From Clostridia bacterium (GTDB taxonomy: Bacteria > Bacillota > Clostridia > UBA1381 > UBA9506), in the NCBI GenBank assembly GCA_045602005.1, contig JAZSAS010000085.1, positions 1,230 through 65,229 on the forward strand: a DNA stretch of 64,000 nt, written 5' to 3'. The notes under the pieces are model-generated. The model was not told the DNA's origin. It saw only the letters and a list, made by a program, of their open reading frames with translations, and ran no database searches. Each line of letters starts with the position of its first letter. Position 1 is the stretch's first letter. Shown piece after piece: positions 8,098 through 18,571 of this stretch. The translations under genes and the position numbers were made by a program.

Positions 8098-8694
8098 ATG
8101 TATGCAACGCCTATTGCAAAGCTGATTGAGGAATTTGCCAAGTTGCCCGGCATTGGAAAAAGGACGGCGGAGCGTCTTGCCTATTATGTTTTGAAGTTGC
8201 CACAGGAAGAGGTTGCAGCCTTTGCTGATGCTTTGATTTGCGCAAAGAACAAAATTATTTTTTGCCCTGTCTGTCAGTCTTTGACGGAACAGGTTCCCTG
8301 TGAAATTTGTTCTGATGCACGGCGTGACCAGGGATTGATTTGTGTGGTGGAAAAACCCAAGGATGTTGTTAAAATTGAAAAAACAAGAGAATTTAAGGGG
8401 ACTTACCACGTGCTTCATGGCGTGATTTCTCCTATGGACGGTATCGGTCCTGAGGATATTCGCATTAAAGAGCTGCTTTCACGCATCACCGAGGGCACCG
8501 TCAGGGAGGTTATCATGGCTACAAACCCTAATCTGGAAGGGGAGGCAACGGCAATGTATATTGCCAAGCTATTAAAGCCTTTTGAAGTTAAGGTAACCCG
8601 TTTGGCTCACGGCATTCCCGTCGGCGGTGATTTGGAATATGCCGATGAGGTCACGTTAACCCGTGCACTGGAGGGGCGTCATGAAATCAGCTGA
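8098..8694 (+). CDS. recR: recombination protein RecR
   Basis: 198 aa with a [15 protein letters not shown] HhH motif, a C4 zinc finger (CPVC...CEIC) and a Toprim domain. Confidence 0.95.
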   Translation: MYATPIAKLIEEFAKLPGIGKRTAERLAYYVLKLPQEEVAAFADALICAKNKIIFCPVCQSLTEQVPCEICSDARRDQGLICVVEKPKDVVKIEKTREFKGTYHVLHGVISPMDGIGPEDIRIKELLSRITEGTVREVIMATNPNLEGEATAMYIAKLLKPFEVKVTRLAHGIPVGGDLEYADEVTLTRALEGRHEIS

Positions 8695-9382
8695 GGAACA
8701 ATATATATATGACGGAGAAACCTTGGAGGATTTAGGCGACGGTTTTCGCATCATTCAAGGACGGAATGAATTTCGATTCGGTACTGATGCTGTAAAGCTT
8801 TCTGACTTTGCAGTTGTTCGCCCTGGTGAGCGGGTTATGGATTTATGCACCGGAACCGGCATTGTGCCCCTTCTTCTCTATAAAAAAGAGCCGGCCATTC
8901 AGGTTGTGGGTCTGGAAATTCAAGCACAGATGCATGACATGGCGCAAAGAAGCGTAAAGCTAAATAACTTAACAGATAAAATTGACATTCGTTTGGGTGA
9001 TTTATGCCGCATTCGGGAGCAGTTTCCGGCGGAGAGTTTTCAAGTGGTAGCTTGCAATCCGCCTTACATGAAAAATAATACCGGCAAGCAGAATAAGTGC
9101 GAAAGTGTAACCATTGCTAGGCATGAGCTGTGCTGTAATCTGGCAGATTGTGTGGCGGCTGCGGCTTATCTTTTGCCCAGCGGCGGGCGGTTTTATATGG
9201 TACATCGTCCCGAGCGGCTGACAGATATTTTATCTGTTATGCGTGAAAAAGGTGTGGAGCCTAAACGGCTGACTTTTTTTGCGCCCTCTTCCGGCAAACC
9301 GCCCAGACTTTTGGTGGTGGAGGGGCAAAAGAATAGAAACAGCGGTGTGATTGTGCATCTTGATACAGGAGAAACATTATGA
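8681..9382 (+). CDS. tRNA (adenine-N6)-methyltransferase, YfiC/TrmN6-like
   Basis: The track start at 8663 is a GTG. The ATG at 8681 follows GGAGGGG. A CNPPYM N6-adenine methyltransferase motif and a SAM-binding DLCTGTG motif are present. Confidence 0.7.
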   Translation: MKSAEEQYIYDGETLEDLGDGFRIIQGRNEFRFGTDAVKLSDFAVVRPGERVMDLCTGTGIVPLLLYKKEPAIQVVGLEIQAQMHDMAQRSVKLNNLTDKIDIRLGDLCRIREQFPAESFQVVACNPPYMKNNTGKQNKCESVTIARHELCCNLADCVAAAAYLLPSGGRFYMVHRPERLTDILSVMREKGVEPKRLTFFAPSSGKPPRLLVVEGQKNRNSGVIVHLDTGETL

Positions 9383-10272
9383 CAGAAACAACCAAGGAAC
9401 AAAAGAATAAAAATGAACTAATGCCGGGGACGCTGTATCTGGTTGCAACACCGATCGGCAATTTAGAAGATATCACCTTGCGTGCTATCCGCACGCTGCG
9501 AGATGCAGATTTAATTGCAGCGGAGGATACCCGCCGCACAGCAGCATTGTTGAATCATTTAGAATTAAAAACACCCCTGACAAGCTATTTCCAGCATAAC
9601 GAAAAGGGGAAAGGTGATTATATCATAAAAAAGCTACAGGAGGGCGCAACGGTGGCCTTGGTGTCTGACGCCGGCACGCCGGCTATTTCAGACCCGGGAG
9701 AGGATTTGGTTCGGCTTTGTGCTGAAAATGGCATTCCCGTGGTGCCTGTTCCCGGTGCAACGGCGGCAGTTTCAGCGATTATCAGTTCCGGACTGCCAAC
9801 AGGACGTTTTTCCTTTGAGGGCTTTTTAAGTGTGAACAAAAAAAGCAGACGCAATCACCTGTTATCCATTCAGCACCAACCCCACACCATGATTTTTTAT
9901 GAGGCACCTCACAAGCTGCGGCGAACGCTTCGGGATTTTTATGAGCTCTTGGGCGACCGACGTATTGTGCTGGCAAGAGAGCTGACAAAAAAATATGAGG
10001 AAATTATTAGAACCACATTGTCTGAAGCTGTGGAACTTTACCGGGAGCGTGAGCCAAAGGGTGAATATGTTCTTGTGGTTGAAGGTGCGATAGAACAAAC
10101 GGAAGAAAATGTTGAATTAAATAATTTATCAATTTTAGAACATATTAAGCATTATATGATGCTGGGCCTTGATCAGAAGGAGGCACAAAAAGCCGTGGCA
10201 GCTGACCGGGGCGTCAGCAAGCGTGAGATTTATGCTGCCATTGTAAAAGAAAAAAACGATTTAGAAAACTGA
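9379..10272 (+). CDS. rsmI: 16S rRNA (cytidine1402-2'-O)-methyltransferase
   Basis: LYLVATPIGNLEDITLRAIRTLRDADLIAAEDTR is the typical RsmI tetrapyrrole-methylase-fold N-terminus. Confidence 0.9.
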   Translation: MTETTKEQKNKNELMPGTLYLVATPIGNLEDITLRAIRTLRDADLIAAEDTRRTAALLNHLELKTPLTSYFQHNEKGKGDYIIKKLQEGATVALVSDAGTPAISDPGEDLVRLCAENGIPVVPVPGATAAVSAIISSGLPTGRFSFEGFLSVNKKSRRNHLLSIQHQPHTMIFYEAPHKLRRTLRDFYELLGDRRIVLARELTKKYEEIIRTTLSEAVELYREREPKGEYVLVVEGAIEQTEENVELNNLSILEHIKHYMMLGLDQKEAQKAVAADRGVSKREIYAAIVKEKNDLEN

Positions 10273-10299
10273 TTAAGACCTTCAGAAAGGACTGACAAA

Positions 10300-11586
10300 A
10301 TGAGTGAAGTGAAAACCTATGCAATAAAACCAGGCATCAAACTACACCATATTCAAACAAATAAATTTAAAACCGTGTCTGTGGGACTTCATTTTCACAG
10401 ACAACTGACCAAACAGGAGGCATCAAAAAATGCTCTGCTGACCGATGTAATGCGCCGTGGCAACAGCAAGCTTAAGGATTCGGCAGCGGTGAGCCGCTAT
10501 CTGCAGGCCTTATATGGTGCCTATTTCGATGCTGATATCCGCCGAAAGGGAGAGAACCAGATTGTGTCTTTCACGGTGAATTCCGTGGCAGATTCTTATT
10601 TGCCTGCAGGCGAGCATTGCACCATGCAGGCGGTTTCTTTTTTGTTTGACATGGTTCTTTTGCCTCAGGTTACAAAGGGTGCTTTCCGTGGGGATTATGT
10701 AGAGCAGGAAAAGATAAATCTCATTAATGATATTGAGGCACAAATCAATGATAAGCGTTCCTATGCGGTTTGGCGCCTGATTGAATCTATGTGTGAGGGT
10801 GAGCCTTACAGTATTTATGAATTAGGAAGTGCAGAGGATGTAGAGGCGATTACGCCTGAAAGTTTGTATGCGCAATATACAACCCTGCTGCATGAAAGTC
10901 CCATTGATATTTTTGTTACGGGTGATGCCGATATTCAGGCGATTCTGGAAATGGCAGAAAAAAGGCTGGCAGACATCAATCCGCAAGTCACAGATTATCC
11001 AAAAACAGCATTGCACAAGCCAGCTGAACAGGTGCGTGAACTAACAGAGGAATATGATGTTTCTCAAGCCAAACTCTCTATGGGTTTCTACACCGGTATC
11101 GGGCCGGAAGATGCACGATACAGTGCCCTGATGGTTTATAACAGCATTTTCGGTAGCGGTGCCCATTCCAAGCTTTTTAATAACGTTCGTGAGAAATTGA
11201 GCCTTGCCTATTATGCGTCGTCACGTCTTGAGCGCTACAAGGGTTTGATGGTGGTTAGTTCCGGCATTGAATATAAGAATAAGGAAATGGCAGAAAAAGA
11301 AATTTATGCTCAGTCAGAGGCTATGAAACAAGGTGATATCACAGACTATGAATTTGATGTTTCTGTGAAAAGCATTATCAATTCTCTCCGTTCCTTAGGT
11401 GATAGCAACGGCTATCTGGCTGATTACTATTTGGGTCAGGCTGTCAGCGGTACTCACATCAGCTTAGAGGAACAATGCCGGTTGATTTCTCAGGTGACTA
11501 AGGAAGATGTGATTGCTGTTGCCAAGGAAATCAGGCCGGAAATGGTCTATGTGATGAAAGGTCGAAAGCAGGAGGGAGCAGAATGA
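10300..11586 (+). CDS. M16 family peptidase-like protein, non-catalytic subunit (no HxxEH)
   Basis: 428 aa with pitrilysin-like architecture, no zinc motif, and translationally coupled to the next M16 gene. Confidence 0.7.
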   Translation: MSEVKTYAIKPGIKLHHIQTNKFKTVSVGLHFHRQLTKQEASKNALLTDVMRRGNSKLKDSAAVSRYLQALYGAYFDADIRRKGENQIVSFTVNSVADSYLPAGEHCTMQAVSFLFDMVLLPQVTKGAFRGDYVEQEKINLINDIEAQINDKRSYAVWRLIESMCEGEPYSIYELGSAEDVEAITPESLYAQYTTLLHESPIDIFVTGDADIQAILEMAEKRLADINPQVTDYPKTALHKPAEQVRELTEEYDVSQAKLSMGFYTGIGPEDARYSALMVYNSIFGSGAHSKLFNNVREKLSLAYYASSRLERYKGLMVVSSGIEYKNKEMAEKEIYAQSEAMKQGDITDYEFDVSVKSIINSLRSLGDSNGYLADYYLGQAVSGTHISLEEQCRLISQVTKEDVIAVAKEIRPEMVYVMKGRKQEGAE

Positions 11587-12878
11587 TTCAGTTTACAAAG
11601 CATGAAAATAAAACCTTACAAGAATGTTTATATACCGCTGAGCATGAAAGCGGACTCAAAATTGCTGTCATGCCTAAAAAAGGCTACAGCAAAAGCTATG
11701 CTGTGTTCGGCACGCACTTTGGCTCGGTTGATAACCGGTTCACAGCGCCGGGCAAAACAGAAGAAATCTGTCTGCCTGATGGAATTGCACACTTTTTAGA
11801 ACATAAAATGTTTGAGCAGCCGGACGGCTCTAATGTGTTTGAAAGCTATGCACGCCACGGTGCTAATGCCAATGCCTATACCAGTTTTCATGTGACGGCC
11901 TATTTGTTTGAAAGCACACAGGATGTAGAAGAAAATTTAGGTATTTTATTGGATTTTGTTCAAAAACCTTATTTTACCGATGAAAATGTGGAAAAAGAGC
12001 AGGGGATTATCGGTCAGGAAATCGGCATGTATGATGACGACCCTGATTGGCAGTTGATGATGGGCTTTTTGGGAGCTATGTTCCATGAACATCCTGTTCG
12101 TGTTGATATTGCCGGCTCGGTGGAATCTATTTCTCAGATTACCAAGGAAACTCTGTATGATTGCTATAACACCTTTTATCATCTCTCTAACATGTGTCTT
12201 TTTATTATTGGCGATGTGGAGCCTGAGCGGCTGGCGGATTGTATTGAAAGCCACTTGCACCAAGCCGCCGGAGCACAGGGTGAAATTCAGCGGTTTTACG
12301 GCAACGAGCCTTTATCAATCAATCAGGCGGAGGTCACAAAAACACTGGATGTCAGCGTGCCTATGTTTATGCTGGGTTTTAAAGACCCTGATTGTGGTTA
12401 TGACGGCAAGGCTCTTTTGAAAAAAGATACGGAGCTTTCCATTATTTCTGAGCTTCTGTTTGGCAAAACCAGCCCAATTTATACTGAACTTTATAACGGA
12501 GGATATATTTTAGGTGGCATGGAAGCAGATACTGCCTGCGAAAAAGCTTATGGATATGTGGCTCTGTCCGGTGAAAGTCGGAATCCTCAAATTGTGCGTG
12601 ATAAGGTGCTTGAAGGCATCAAAAAAGCACAAAAAGAGGGACTTTGTGATGCAGATGTGGAGCGGGTGCGCCGTTCTATGCTGGGACGGTATATTAAGCA
12701 ATTTAACAATTTAAATGCCGTGGCACATCAGTATATGAGTCAGGTTTTCAACGGCATTGAATTATTTGATTTTCCTCAGGTGATGGAGGAAATTACCTTA
12801 GAAGATTTAAACAACAGACTGCGGTCTTATTTTGATCCGGAACGAACGGTTTTATCTGTTATCACACCGCAGCAGTAA
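11583..12878 (+). CDS. M16 family zinc peptidase (HFLEH motif)
   Basis: 431 aa with an inverted zinc motif HFLEH. It overlaps the upstream M16 gene by 4 nt. Confidence 0.8.
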   Translation: MIQFTKHENKTLQECLYTAEHESGLKIAVMPKKGYSKSYAVFGTHFGSVDNRFTAPGKTEEICLPDGIAHFLEHKMFEQPDGSNVFESYARHGANANAYTSFHVTAYLFESTQDVEENLGILLDFVQKPYFTDENVEKEQGIIGQEIGMYDDDPDWQLMMGFLGAMFHEHPVRVDIAGSVESISQITKETLYDCYNTFYHLSNMCLFIIGDVEPERLADCIESHLHQAAGAQGEIQRFYGNEPLSINQAEVTKTLDVSVPMFMLGFKDPDCGYDGKALLKKDTELSIISELLFGKTSPIYTELYNGGYILGGMEADTACEKAYGYVALSGESRNPQIVRDKVLEGIKKAQKEGLCDADVERVRRSMLGRYIKQFNNLNAVAHQYMSQVFNGIELFDFPQVMEEITLEDLNNRLRSYFDPERTVLSVITPQQ

Positions 12879-12900
12879 CAGAACAAAAGGGGGAGACAAC

Positions 12901-13701
12901 ATGACAAACACCATTGCATTTCCCGGGCTGGGAATTGGTCCGTTTACTGTTTCGGAGAGCTTTTCCTTTTTCGGTTTTACCATCCATTGGTATGGTGTGA
13001 TTATTGCCTTTGGCATTATTTTGGCCTATTTGTTTGCCAGAAAAAAAGCAAAATATCGTGAGCTAAGCGAAGATTCGTTGTTAGATGTTCTGCTTTTTGG
13101 GTTGCCTTCTGCCATCATCTGTGCCAGACTGTATTATGTGATTTTTGCTTGGAAAGATTATCAGGGGAATTGGACCGATATCTTTAAAATCTGGGAGGGT
13201 GGCATTGCCATTTACGGCGGAGTCATTGGTGCCTGCATTTCCACGCTAATCTATTGTCGTGTAAAAAAGCTTTCTGCTGGAAAGATGTTTGATGTTGGTG
13301 CCTTTGGTTTGATTATCGGACAGACCATTGGCCGTTGGGGCAATTTTATTAATGCCGAGGCCTATGGTGCACCCACCGAAACGGCACTGTTTCGAATGGA
13401 GCTTTTAAACCCGGGCATCACGGTTCACCCCGCCTTTTTATATGAATCCTTTTGGAATTTGCTTGTGATTTTATTTTTGAACCGATATGAAAAACATCAA
13501 AAATTTAACGGCGAAATATTTTTAATGTATTTAACTGCTTATGGTTTGGGTCGATTTTTCATTGAAGGCATCCGTGAAGACAGTTTATGGCTGGGCCCTT
13601 TCCGCATTTCTCAATTGTTGGCGGCAGTCTGCGTAGTGGCCGGCATTGGATTCATACTTTGGTTCAGGCATCAAGCAAAACAACGAGAAACAGTACAATA
13701 A
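12901..13701 (+). CDS. lgt: prolipoprotein diacylglyceryl transferase
   Basis: The track ORF starts at 12832 inside the previous gene. The ATG at 12901 follows GGGGGAG. A GRWGNFINAEAYG Lgt signature is present. Confidence 0.9.
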   Translation: MTNTIAFPGLGIGPFTVSESFSFFGFTIHWYGVIIAFGIILAYLFARKKAKYRELSEDSLLDVLLFGLPSAIICARLYYVIFAWKDYQGNWTDIFKIWEGGIAIYGGVIGACISTLIYCRVKKLSAGKMFDVGAFGLIIGQTIGRWGNFINAEAYGAPTETALFRMELLNPGITVHPAFLYESFWNLLVILFLNRYEKHQKFNGEIFLMYLTAYGLGRFFIEGIREDSLWLGPFRISQLLAAVCVVAGIGFILWFRHQAKQRETVQ

Positions 13702-13728
13702 AAATATTGTGTTTTTTCTCGAAATATC

Positions 13729-13758
13729 TTGCGTAAGTGTTTTTATATGTGATAAAAT
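13729..13758 (+). promoter_or_regulatory. sigma-A type promoter with extended -10 (TTGCGT-18-TGaTAAAAT)
   Basis: TTGCGT at 13729-13734 and TAAAAT at 13753-13758, preceded by TG. It is upstream of glnN. Confidence 0.5.
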
Positions 13759-13800
13759 AAACACATTGCGGATAAAAAACTATTGGCTTTGGAGGTACCT

Positions 13801-15915
13801 ATGTCAAATTGTAATTTACATGAAATATTCGGTTGTCATGTGTTCAATGAAGCAGTCATGCGTGAACGTTTGCCGAAAGAAACCTTAAAGGAACTTAGAA
13901 ACACTATAGAAAAGGGCACGCCGTTAAATGCCCGGGTGGCAGAGATGGTTGCCAACGCTATGAAAAATTGGGCAATTGAGCATGGTGCCACGCACTACAC
14001 CCACTGGTTTCAGCCTCTAAATGGTTTTACGGCAGAAAAGCATGATTCCTTTTTAGTTTTGTCTGACCATAGCAGCCATGCTTTGACAGAATTTTCCGGA
14101 AAGGCCCTGATTAAAGGTGAACCGGATGCTTCCAGCTTTCCATCAGGCGGTTTGCGAGCCACCTTTGAAGCTAGAGGATACACGGCTTGGGACTGCACTT
14201 CGCCTGCATTTTTAAAAGAGGATTCCAGCGGTTTAACGCTGTGCATTCCAACGGCTTTTTGCTCATATAACGGAGAGGCACTAGATAAAAAAACACCTCT
14301 GTTGCGTTCTGTTGAGGCTCTTTCCAAGCAGATGCTCCGTATTTTAAAACTGTTCGGCGATATGCAAACAGAGCGTGTTCACGTGAACTGCGGTGCAGAG
14401 CAGGAATATTTTTTGGTGGATAAAAAGCTTTGGAAACAAAGGCCGGATTTAGTCTTTGCCGGCAGAACGCTTTTAGGTGCTCAGCCGCCGAAAACACAAG
14501 AGATGGACGACCATTATTTTGGTACTTTAAAAGAGCGTGTATCTGCTTATATGAAAGAGCTGGACACTGCCCTTTGGAAGGTGGGGGTTCCCTCTAAAAC
14601 CAAGCATAATGAGGTTGCACCGGCACAACATGAGCTGGCGCCGATTTTTGAAACCGTGAATATTGCCTGTGACCACAACCAAATTACCATGGAGCTGATG
14701 AAAAAGATTGCAGACCATCACGGCATGGTTTGCTTGTTGCACGAAAAGCCCTTTGCTGGCATTAACGGCTCAGGCAAGCATAACAACTGGTCGATAACCA
14801 CCTCTGATGGTGTTAATCTGTTAAATCCCGGAAAAACCCCAAGAGAAAATGCACAGTTTTTACTGATTTTATGTGCCATTATCAGTGCAATTGATAAACA
14901 TGCTGAACTGGTTCGTGCTTCTGCTGCCAATGCCGGTAATGATTATCGTTTGGGAGCACAGGAGGCACCGCCGGCTATTATTTCTATTTTCCTGGGTGAT
15001 GAACTGACAGAAATTTTAGAGCAAATTGAAAAAGGAGAGCACCTGCCCACAAAATGCGGCGGTGTGCTGGATACCGGTGTTCCCAGTTTGCCCAATGTTT
15101 CTTTAGACACAACTGACAGAAACAGAACCTCGCCCTTTGCTTTCAGCGGCAACAAATTTGAGTTCAGAATGGTGCCTGCTTCTGCGTCAATCGCCGGCCC
15201 TAACACGGTGCTTAACACCATTGTGGCAGATGCTTTGTGCGAAATAGCAGACCGCTTGGAGCAGGCAAAGGATTTCAACAAAGAGCTGGACATGCTGCTG
15301 GTTGAAATTATTAAAAAGCACAAGCGCGTGATTTTTAATGGCAATGGATATGGTGATGAGTGGATTGCCGAGGCGAAAAAGAGGGGCTTGCCTAACATTA
15401 ACAATTCTGTGGATTCCTATGCCGCATTCATTGACCCGGCCTCAATTGCTGTTTTTGAAAAACATCATGTATATTCTGAAACAGAGCTGCGTGCCAGGTA
15501 TGAAATTAAGCTGGAGAAGTATATTAAAATTGTGGGCATTGAGGCAAACACACTGCTGCAGATGCTGAATCGTCAGATTCTGCCTGCCTGTCTTGCTTAT
15601 GCCGATAAAACTGCACAATCTATTGTGAATATTAAGGCTGCCGGGGTCGGTTGCGATACGTTGCCGGCAGAAGAACTGCTGCGAAAGGTAACCGCCGGCA
15701 TTAATGCTCTTTATAAAGCCATGAAAAAGCTGGAAAGAGCAGTGGAAAAGTCAGAAAAATTTGGTGATGATTACATTGCCCATGCAAACTTTTCCCGTGA
15801 TTCTCTTGTTTCGTCTATGCTGGAGGTCAGAAAGCATGCTGACAGCTTAGAAACGATTGTTGGCAAAGATTTTTGGCCCATTCCTACATATGATGATTTG
15901 ATTTATAGTGTATAA
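13801..15915 (+). CDS. glnN: glutamine synthetase type III
   Basis: The ATG at 13801 follows GGAGG. The product is about 704 aa, and GATHYTHWFQPLNGFTAEKHDSF with the long C-terminal extension is typical of GSIII. Confidence 0.9.
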   Translation: MSNCNLHEIFGCHVFNEAVMRERLPKETLKELRNTIEKGTPLNARVAEMVANAMKNWAIEHGATHYTHWFQPLNGFTAEKHDSFLVLSDHSSHALTEFSGKALIKGEPDASSFPSGGLRATFEARGYTAWDCTSPAFLKEDSSGLTLCIPTAFCSYNGEALDKKTPLLRSVEALSKQMLRILKLFGDMQTERVHVNCGAEQEYFLVDKKLWKQRPDLVFAGRTLLGAQPPKTQEMDDHYFGTLKERVSAYMKELDTALWKVGVPSKTKHNEVAPAQHELAPIFETVNIACDHNQITMELMKKIADHHGMVCLLHEKPFAGINGSGKHNNWSITTSDGVNLLNPGKTPRENAQFLLILCAIISAIDKHAELVRASAANAGNDYRLGAQEAPPAIISIFLGDELTEILEQIEKGEHLPTKCGGVLDTGVPSLPNVSLDTTDRNRTSPFAFSGNKFEFRMVPASASIAGPNTVLNTIVADALCEIADRLEQAKDFNKELDMLLVEIIKKHKRVIFNGNGYGDEWIAEAKKRGLPNINNSVDSYAAFIDPASIAVFEKHHVYSETELRARYEIKLEKYIKIVGIEANTLLQMLNRQILPACLAYADKTAQSIVNIKAAGVGCDTLPAEELLRKVTAGINALYKAMKKLERAVEKSEKFGDDYIAHANFSRDSLVSSMLEVRKHADSLETIVGKDFWPIPTYDDLIYSV

Positions 15916-15966
15916 CTAAATCACTGCGTTGCTACATATTCTTATAATAAAGGAGAAGGTGTAGCT

Positions 15967-17724
15967 ATGGTGCAAATCATTAAAATGAGCATTTCTCTCT
16001 TGGGCGGTCTTGGCCTGTTTCTCTTTGGTATGAACGTTATGAGCGAAGGCCTGGAGCGTGCCGCCGGAGACAGAATGAGTTATATTATTGAAAAAATGAC
16101 CGGAAACGTTTTCAAGGGTGTTTTGGCCGGTGCTTTAGTTACGGCCTTAATTCAGTCCAGTAGTGCCACCACAGTCATGGTCATTGGTTTTGTGAATTCC
16201 GGCATTATGAAGCTTTCACAAACCGTTGGCGTCATTATGGGTGCCAACATCGGCACAACAGTGACATCTCAGCTTTTGAGTTTGTCTGATATCAGCAGCG
16301 GTGCATGGTATTTTAGCCTTTTAAAACCGGCGAATTTTGCACCGCTTTTTATTTTTATTGGTGTTTTCATGCTTTTGTTTTCAAAACGAAAAAGCTATGG
16401 CACTCCGGGGAGTATTCTGGCCGGTTTTGGTATGTTGTTCATTGGCATGAGCATCATGGAGCATGCAGTGAAGCCGTTGCAAAAGCTGGATGAATTCCGT
16501 ATTATCTTTCAGACATTATCCAATCCGATTTTAGGTGTTTTAGCAGGCATGGCGGTGACAGCCATTATTCAGTCCAGCAGTGCTTCGGTTGGAATTCTAC
16601 AGGCTGCAACAGTCACCGGCAGCGTTACTCTTGCTTCGGCTGCTCCCATTATCTTGGGCCAGAATATCGGTACCTGTGTTACAGCAATGCTTTCCAGCAT
16701 TGGTGCCAGCAAAAATGCTCGCAAAGCTGCCATGATTCATTTTCTGTTTAATATAATTGGCACAGTTGTTTTTTTGAGTGCTTTATATCTTGTGAAAAAT
16801 TTTATACCTTTTTGGTATGAACCGATTAACAAAAGCGGCATTGCCAATTTTCATCTGGTTTTTAATGTTTGTAATACCTTATTGTTGCTTCCGTTTTCCG
16901 GGCTTTTGGTGAAACTGACGGACAAGCTCATTAAGGACGAGGTGCTGACGGAACCTGTTACATCCATCTTAGACTCCCGTTTTCTGGACACACCCGCACT
17001 GGCTGTTGCATCAGCAACCCGTGAGAGTGTTCGCATGGCGGAGTTGGCACTAACAAATTACAGATTAGCCCGTGAAGCAATTTTGACAGGTGATGTTTCT
17101 AAGGATGCTCATGTGAGTGAAAATGAGAATCGAATTGATGAATTAGAATCCGGCATTACACGATATTTGATGCAAATTGTGGATGAAGATTTAAATGAAA
17201 GTGACAGCAAAACCACCGCTAGTTTATTTCATGTATTAATTGATGTGGAACGTGTGGGCGACCGCTGCCAGAATCTATTTCGCATTGCTAAGCGCATGGC
17301 AAAAAAACAAATCAGGCTTTCACCTGGTACACAGCGGGAGCTAACTACCTTGATGGCGGCCATAGAGGAGATTTATTCTAGCACCATTGCCTGCTACAGC
17401 AGGCGCAATCGGGAGTTGGCACATCGGATTCAAACCTATGAAAATGTGATTGATGATATTAATAAGCGTTTGAAAAACGACCATGTGGACCGATTGGCCG
17501 GTCAAAACAATCAATTTGAAGAGACGGTTATATTTCTTGATATTTTAGGGAATTTAGAGCGCATTGCAGACCATAGCGCCAACATTGCCAATCGAACAGA
17601 ATTGCTCACGAGCGGTGGGAATACCTTTGATCTTCACAAAGATGTAAAAAGTTTCCGGCAACAGAATCCGGAATTATATACGACTTATTACCGGGAATTT
17701 GAAGAAAAATATTCTTTTCAATAA
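15967..17724 (+). CDS. Na+/phosphate cotransporter family protein with C-terminal PhoU-like domain
   Basis: 585 aa with duplicated LIQSSSAT / IIQSSSAS motifs characteristic of the NptA/YjbB family. Confidence 0.85.
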   Translation: MVQIIKMSISLLGGLGLFLFGMNVMSEGLERAAGDRMSYIIEKMTGNVFKGVLAGALVTALIQSSSATTVMVIGFVNSGIMKLSQTVGVIMGANIGTTVTSQLLSLSDISSGAWYFSLLKPANFAPLFIFIGVFMLLFSKRKSYGTPGSILAGFGMLFIGMSIMEHAVKPLQKLDEFRIIFQTLSNPILGVLAGMAVTAIIQSSSASVGILQAATVTGSVTLASAAPIILGQNIGTCVTAMLSSIGASKNARKAAMIHFLFNIIGTVVFLSALYLVKNFIPFWYEPINKSGIANFHLVFNVCNTLLLLPFSGLLVKLTDKLIKDEVLTEPVTSILDSRFLDTPALAVASATRESVRMAELALTNYRLAREAILTGDVSKDAHVSENENRIDELESGITRYLMQIVDEDLNESDSKTTASLFHVLIDVERVGDRCQNLFRIAKRMAKKQIRLSPGTQRELTTLMAAIEEIYSSTIACYSRRNRELAHRIQTYENVIDDINKRLKNDHVDRLAGQNNQFEETVIFLDILGNLERIADHSANIANRTELLTSGGNTFDLHKDVKSFRQQNPELYTTYYREFEEKYSFQ

Positions 17725-17737
17725 GGAGTCTTTATTT

Positions 17738-18526
17738 ATGGTTATTGATTTTCATGTTCATATGTTTCCTGACCAGCTTGCATCAAGGACAATTCCGCTT
17801 TTAGCAGAACGTTCCGGCCTTGTGCCGTATACTGATGGTACATTGGGAACGACGCTTGAAAAAATGCGTGCTGACGGAGTGACGAAGATTGTTCACCAAA
17901 ATATTGCCACGAACCCCCGTCAAATGACAAAGGTGAATGACTTTGCCATTGCTTGCAACCAACATGAAGAAATCGTTTCCTTTGGCAGCATTCATCCCGA
18001 GGCAGAACATTATGAAGCTGAGCTTGACAGGTTGAAAGATGCCGGCATCAAGGGCATTAAGTTGCACCCTGATTATCAGGAATTTTATATAGACAGCCCC
18101 TGCATGCAGCCTTTGTATGAGGCGATTTTAAAACGTGGGTTCATTCTTTTGTTTCATGCAGGCTTGGATTATGGTTTGCCGGAACCGGTGCACGCCCCAC
18201 CGGAGGCAATTGCCAATACGTTGGGTCTGTTTTCTGGAGAAAAGGTTGTGTTTGCTCACATGGCCGGCTTTCAAATGTTTGAGCGTTCCTTGGAATTGAT
18301 TATCGGGCGGGATGTTTATATTGACACTTCCTGTTCAACAAGTTATGCAGAGCCGGAAATACTTTTAACAATGCTGAAAGAGCATAAACCAGACAAAATT
18401 TTATTTGCTACAGACCTTCCCTGGGGAGATTTCAAACAGGACATCAACGCCATTCAGGCTTTAGATTTATCCAATGAATTAAAGGAAAACATTTTACATA
18501 AAAATGCAGAGAAAATTCTCAATTAA
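17738..18526 (+). CDS. amidohydrolase-family metal-dependent hydrolase (TIM barrel)
   Basis: The ATG at 17738 is 9 nt after AAGGAG. The N-terminus is MVIDFHVHMFPD (HxH metal motif). Confidence 0.7.
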   Translation: MVIDFHVHMFPDQLASRTIPLLAERSGLVPYTDGTLGTTLEKMRADGVTKIVHQNIATNPRQMTKVNDFAIACNQHEEIVSFGSIHPEAEHYEAELDRLKDAGIKGIKLHPDYQEFYIDSPCMQPLYEAILKRGFILLFHAGLDYGLPEPVHAPPEAIANTLGLFSGEKVVFAHMAGFQMFERSLELIIGRDVYIDTSCSTSYAEPEILLTMLKEHKPDKILFATDLPWGDFKQDINAIQALDLSNELKENILHKNAEKILN

Positions 18527-18527
18527 T

Positions 18528-18568
18528 AAAGAAAGACAGAAGCGATTATTTCGCCTCTGTCTTTCTTT
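18528..18568. terminator. bidirectional rho-independent terminator between convergent genes
   Basis: 17-bp stem AAAGAAAGACAGAAGCG / CGCCTCTGTCTTTCTTT with one mismatch and a 7-nt loop, T-rich on both flanks. Confidence 0.8.
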
Positions 18569-18571
18569 ATT

